A stretch of 32,000 nt of DNA from Pseudodesulfovibrio piezophilus C1TLV30 (GTDB lineage: Bacteria; Desulfobacterota; Desulfovibrionia; Desulfovibrionales; Desulfovibrionaceae), in NCBI RefSeq assembly GCF_000341895.1, contig NC_020409.1, positions 3,512,411 to 3,544,410 of the forward strand, read 5' to 3'. Position 1 is the first letter of the stretch, and each line of letters opens with the position of its first letter. Position numbers and translations under genes: made by a program. The notes beneath the pieces were generated by a model. That model did no database searches, was not told the DNA's origin, and saw only the letters and a list, made by a program, of their open reading frames with translations. Shown here piece after piece: positions 28,477 through 32,000 of this stretch.

Positions 28477-29355
28477 ATGACTGAACAAGGCGACAATGGA
28501 CAGAGCGGTCAGGAGATCGTTCGTGACGGTGCGGAAAAGATCAAAGGGGTCTTTTCCACTCAGTCTGTCGCCAAGGTCGGCACTGGGACGACTCAAAGAC
28601 GAACTATCCAAAAGACATACTGGAGTGGGGAAGAACTTGATGACGGACAGATTCAAGTTCAACCACTCAATCGAAATTACATCCCATCTGGCCCTAAACG
28701 CACTCTTAGTCGTGATGATTTTCTGAATAAATACAGCCCTGAACCTGAGTTCTACATGTCAACAGTCTATCCGGCCATCAAGCAGGTTGATGAGGCAATC
28801 GTTCGCGGCGAGAAACATCGTGAGCGAGGGGCTGTCTATTCTGCCGAATTTGAATTCAAACAGGTTCAAGCTGTGGATGAAGAAAATGTTCGTGCCAATT
28901 TCGGATTGGGGCTGACATATCTTGACCGCGGTGATCAGGTCAAGGCGCACGATATTTTCGAGCGAATTGTTGATCTTGAAGCGGCGTTTGCTGAAGAGCA
29001 CAAACATCTGTTCAATGATTTTGGCATTAACATGCGAAAAAACAAGATGTTTGATCAGGCATTGCAGTATTATCTGCGAGCTGAACAACTGGTGAAAGAC
29101 GATGAACATCTTTTTCATAACATTGCGCGTTGCTACTATGAAAAGGGCGATGTAGAAGGATGTAAGGAGTATCTGGTCAAGAGCCTGAAGATAAATCCGG
29201 ACCTCAAGGAAAGTAGGATGTTCTGGGCATTTCTTAAGAGTCATGGGCTTGTTGCCAAGGATGAAAATCCTGTCCCTGGACTCGATATCTCCAAAGAAAA
29301 AACTCAGTCCGCCGATTCTGTGAAAGTTCCTGCTGATACGGATTTAGATTCGTGA
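28477..29355 (+). CDS. TPR-repeat protein, function unknown
   Basis: The C-terminal half has TPR-like repeats (ANFGLGLTYLDRGDQVKAHDIFERIV; ALQYYLRAEQL; FHNIARCYYEKGDVEGCKEYLVKSLKINPD). The N-terminal ~100 aa are polar and show no motif I recognise. It starts 13 nt after pyrF. Confidence 0.55.
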   Translation: MTEQGDNGQSGQEIVRDGAEKIKGVFSTQSVAKVGTGTTQRRTIQKTYWSGEELDDGQIQVQPLNRNYIPSGPKRTLSRDDFLNKYSPEPEFYMSTVYPAIKQVDEAIVRGEKHRERGAVYSAEFEFKQVQAVDEENVRANFGLGLTYLDRGDQVKAHDIFERIVDLEAAFAEEHKHLFNDFGINMRKNKMFDQALQYYLRAEQLVKDDEHLFHNIARCYYEKGDVEGCKEYLVKSLKINPDLKESRMFWAFLKSHGLVAKDENPVPGLDISKEKTQSADSVKVPADTDLDS

Positions 29356-29423
29356 TTTGAAAACGAGAATAGGTGCTTTTTCTGCGCCCCTGATGCCAAC
29401 CACCTTTGGTGAACGGAGTTCCG

Positions 29424-30284
29424 ATGAATCAGGAAAAAATACAAAATTTTTTGCGTGAATTGCCCCGCATGCGTGAAGACCTCCCCTTTTCACCGGAAGT
29501 CCTCAAACAGCTTTTTGTTCAGACCGGGAACAACTCCATGGCATCTTTGGAAGAAGTGGGAGAAACCCTGAGCAAGGATCAGGGGTTGACCACTCGTATA
29601 CTGAGTTTGGCAAATTCCGCTTATTACGGCCTCCAGGCAGAAGTCCAGTCAGTGAAACGAGCTGCGGCTGTTCTTGGTATGGGCGAGATCAGGAATATTG
29701 TTCTTGTGCTCGGGGTCAATGGATTGACTTCGAAGTATGAAATGCCCGAAGATTTTGATCTTGATGAGTACTGGAAGCATCAGTTTCTTGTGGCCATGAT
29801 TGCCAAGGAACTTTCGCGGATGACGGATGTTGGGGCGACGGATAATATGTTCACCGTGGGGTTGTTACATGATATCGGTAAGCTGATCACTGCCATGCGT
29901 CGTCCTGATGACTGGCAGGCCATTCATGATCTGGCTGAAGATGAAGATATGCTGGCAGCTGAAGCCGAGGATGAATACTGGGGATTGGATCATGCTGTCA
30001 TTGGCGCTCTTGTGTTGAAATCCTGGGATTTGCCCGCTGATCTCGTGGAGCCGGTCAACTGGCACCACGCCCCGGAATTAGCTCCCGAACACTCGAATCA
30101 ATCCATGATTATCTGTTTGGCGGATTACGCAGCTCATGCCGTGGAAGACCCGGAAAGCGCTTTCTCCGGACGATTGAACGCTCTGTGTCCAGAAATGGAT
30201 ATCGACACAGGTGAAGTTCTTGAGATTGCTGAGGAACTCAATGAGTCCGATGAAGTGGAGCAGTTTGTCCGATTGCTTGTCTAG
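29424..30284 (+). CDS. HDOD-domain protein (stand-alone)
   Basis: LPFSPEVLKQLF...LSKDQGLTTRILSLANSAYYG...VKRAAAVLGMGEIRNIVL...GLLHDIGKL follows the HDOD pattern. I see no receiver, GGDEF or EAL segment. I preferred the ATG at 29424 (ACGGAG upstream). Confidence 0.8.
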   Translation: MNQEKIQNFLRELPRMREDLPFSPEVLKQLFVQTGNNSMASLEEVGETLSKDQGLTTRILSLANSAYYGLQAEVQSVKRAAAVLGMGEIRNIVLVLGVNGLTSKYEMPEDFDLDEYWKHQFLVAMIAKELSRMTDVGATDNMFTVGLLHDIGKLITAMRRPDDWQAIHDLAEDEDMLAAEAEDEYWGLDHAVIGALVLKSWDLPADLVEPVNWHHAPELAPEHSNQSMIICLADYAAHAVEDPESAFSGRLNALCPEMDIDTGEVLEIAEELNESDEVEQFVRLLV

Positions 30285-30406
30285 GTCTTGACGGTTCCCT
30301 TTGTCTCCGCCATTCTTTCTGCTAGACAAATGTCTGCCATTCTCAGTTGGTATGAATTTGTCATTCGACATTGCCCCTTTGACTATAAGCCTAACAGGAA
30401 TTCAAT

Positions 30407-32000
30407 TTGCCTTGCATATGGAAAGCTCGCAACGAGAGTGCCACGCCACCTGCTGTTGCTGCCATGGCGGAAGATCTTTCGGTCTCCCCACTTATTATCG
30501 ATATTCTCTGGAATCGAGGTTTGACCTCTCTTGAGGAGATGGACCAATTTTTGAGTCCTGGTTTACGTCATCTTGCGAGTCCGGATGAAGTTCCGGGATT
30601 GACCCAGGCTGTCGAGTTATTAGCTGAAGGATTGACCCAAGGGCGTAAACTGGCCGTTTGGGGGGATTACGATGTGGATGGTATTACATCGACTACTCTT
30701 GTTATTGAGTTCATGGCCGCTCGAGGGATCGAAGTCCTTTCCCATCTGCCGAATCGGATGGAAGAAGGCTATGGGATGAATTGCGAGGGGATCGAACAAC
30801 TCGCTCGGGATGGAGCGACCATGCTTTTGTCCGTGGATTGTGGAATTTCGGATATCGAACCAGTTGCCCGGGCGAGGGAGCTGGGTATGGTTGTTGTTGT
30901 CTCGGATCATCATTTACCTGGAGATTCTTTACCGGATGCCCACGCTGTGTGCAATCCTCGGTTGAAAGAAGGTGGGCCCTATGATGATCTCGCCGGGGTT
31001 GGTGTGGCCTTCATGCTCATGGCCGCACTGAATAAGTTGTTACCCGGCACGCCTGCCGAAATGCGAACTCTCCTTGATCTCGTGGCATTGGGGACGGTTG
31101 CAGATGTGGTCCGCCTGACCGGTATGAATCGAATTCTTGTGAAGAATGGACTACTTGTCATCAAGGAAGCCAAACGCCCTGGTATGGCAGCTCTTAAAGT
31201 TGTCAGTGATTATGAACGCGGTGCGGAACTTGGAGCAGGCCAGATCGGATTTAACCTTGCTCCGCGTATCAATGCGGCTGGACGTATGGGAGACCCCGGT
31301 AAAGCTCTTGATCTTTTGCTGTGTAGGAGTTTTGAAGCCGGTATGCCTATTGCTGAAGAACTCAATGCCATCAATATGGAGCGACGCAGGCAGGAACAGG
31401 AGATTTCGGAGCAGGCATTCGCACAGGCTGAAGCCATGAAAGACAGGGCTGGGCTGGTTCTTTATGGCGAAGATTGGCATCCTGGAATTATTGGCATTGT
31501 TGCTTCCCGTGTGGTGGAAAAATATTACCGCCCGACATTGATTCTCTGCGCAGCAGAAGATGGAGAATTGCTCAAGGGATCGGCTCGAAGTATTTCCGAG
31601 TTCGATTTGCACGAAAGCCTGAAAGCCATCAGTCCCATCCTCAAAGGTTTTGGAGGGCACAAGCAAGCCGCAGGGCTTTCCATAGAGCCGCAGAATCTCG
31701 ATACTCTTCGTGAGCAGTTCAATGAGCAGGTGATCAAGGAACTCGGTTCCGTGCCTTTGACGCCGACGCTGAAATTGGACCGGGAACTGCCGTTCATCAA
31801 TATTACCAATACTCTGTTGAATGAATTGGAAATGTTGCAGCCGTTTGGCATGGGGAATCCGGAACCGGTTTTTGCCTCTGCTCCGGTGACCGTGGCGGAG
31901 CACCGGACTTTTGGCCGGGAGCGGGAGCACGTCAAGCTGGTACTGGCCGATGATAAGACCGGAGCCAAGCTTCCTGGCAAGGCATGGCGCATGGCTGACA
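30407..32000 (+). CDS. recJ: Single-stranded-DNA-specific exonuclease RecJ (3' end outside the window)
   Basis: This frame is open to the end of the window, so it is absent from the ORF track. DHH motifs GDYDVDGITS, SVDCG and VVVSDHHLP are present, followed by NLAPRINAAGRMG and the DHHA1 motif GGHKQAAG. The start is uncertain: TTG at 30407 (AGGAA 6 nt upstream, giving MPCIWKA...) or ATG at 30464. Confidence 0.85.
   Translation, partial: MPCIWKARNESATPPAVAAMAEDLSVSPLIIDILWNRGLTSLEEMDQFLSPGLRHLASPDEVPGLTQAVELLAEGLTQGRKLAVWGDYDVDGITSTTLVIEFMAARGIEVLSHLPNRMEEGYGMNCEGIEQLARDGATMLLSVDCGISDIEPVARARELGMVVVVSDHHLPGDSLPDAHAVCNPRLKEGGPYDDLAGVGVAFMLMAALNKLLPGTPAEMRTLLDLVALGTVADVVRLTGMNRILVKNGLLVIKEAKRPGMAALKVVSDYERGAELGAGQIGFNLAPRINAAGRMGDPGKALDLLLCRSFEAGMPIAEELNAINMERRRQEQEISEQAFAQAEAMKDRAGLVLYGEDWHPGIIGIVASRVVEKYYRPTLILCAAEDGELLKGSARSISEFDLHESLKAISPILKGFGGHKQAAGLSIEPQNLDTLREQFNEQVIKELGSVPLTPTLKLDRELPFINITNTLLNELEMLQPFGMGNPEPVFASAPVTVAEHRTFGREREHVKLVLADDKTGAKLPGKAWRMAD

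Noticed and set aside
1-32000. I scanned the whole window for tRNA/rRNA genes, CRISPR repeats, IS/transposase or integrase genes, retron or defence-island hallmarks and toxin-antitoxin pairs.
   Set aside because: None was seen by eye. All intergenic regions longer than 140 nt (4932-5218, 6548-6693, 9292-9476, 10626-10835, 12682-12825, 14032-14280, 16943-17174, 18177-18428) lack cloverleaf-like GTTCGAATC motifs and regularly spaced repeats. A covariance-model scan (Infernal/Rfam, tRNAscan-SE) would be needed to exclude small ncRNAs.

Overview
This window reads as an ordinary chromosomal segment, roughly 50% GC by eye. It probably comes from a Desulfovibrio-like sulfate reducer (Desulfobacterota), but that taxon call is only an inference from the look of the proteins. 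I can support about 30 protein genes, nearly all housekeeping. In order they are: an RluD-type pseudouridine synthase fused to CoaE, a rhomboid protease, an NMNAT-like nucleotidyltransferase with an ApgM-like phosphomutase, and a PHP phosphoesterase. Next come the heat-shock genes cbpA-cbpM-clpB. They are followed by a small accessory stretch (Bcr/CflA MFS exporter, membrane-anchored solute-binding domain protein, YheT-type hydrolase, M29 aminopeptidase) and then grpE-dnaK. After those come an LpoA-like lipoprotein, gatC-gatA, mnmA, a TPR membrane protein and mtaB-DUF4416. The window ends with yicC-remA-gmk-pyrF, a TPR protein, an HDOD protein and the 5' part of recJ. I saw no rRNA, tRNA, CRISPR array, transposase, integrase or phage-like gene. 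The only real break in coding density is 17.0-18.4 kb. It holds the remains of a small chemoreceptor gene (TM anchor, CZB zinc-binding domain, MCP signalling domain) broken by frameshifts at homopolymer runs, in-frame TGA codons and a hexamer duplication. Other points worth a second look are the RluD-CoaE fusion, the solute-binding domain protein that has a membrane anchor but no output domain, the ApgM-like/NMNAT-like pair, and the ATGA-coupled mtaB-DUF4416 pair. I did not find a convincing novel multi-gene system such as a defence, toxin-antitoxin or mobile module. The findings are modest and are scored that way. All homology calls rest on motifs I recognise by eye, not on database searches.
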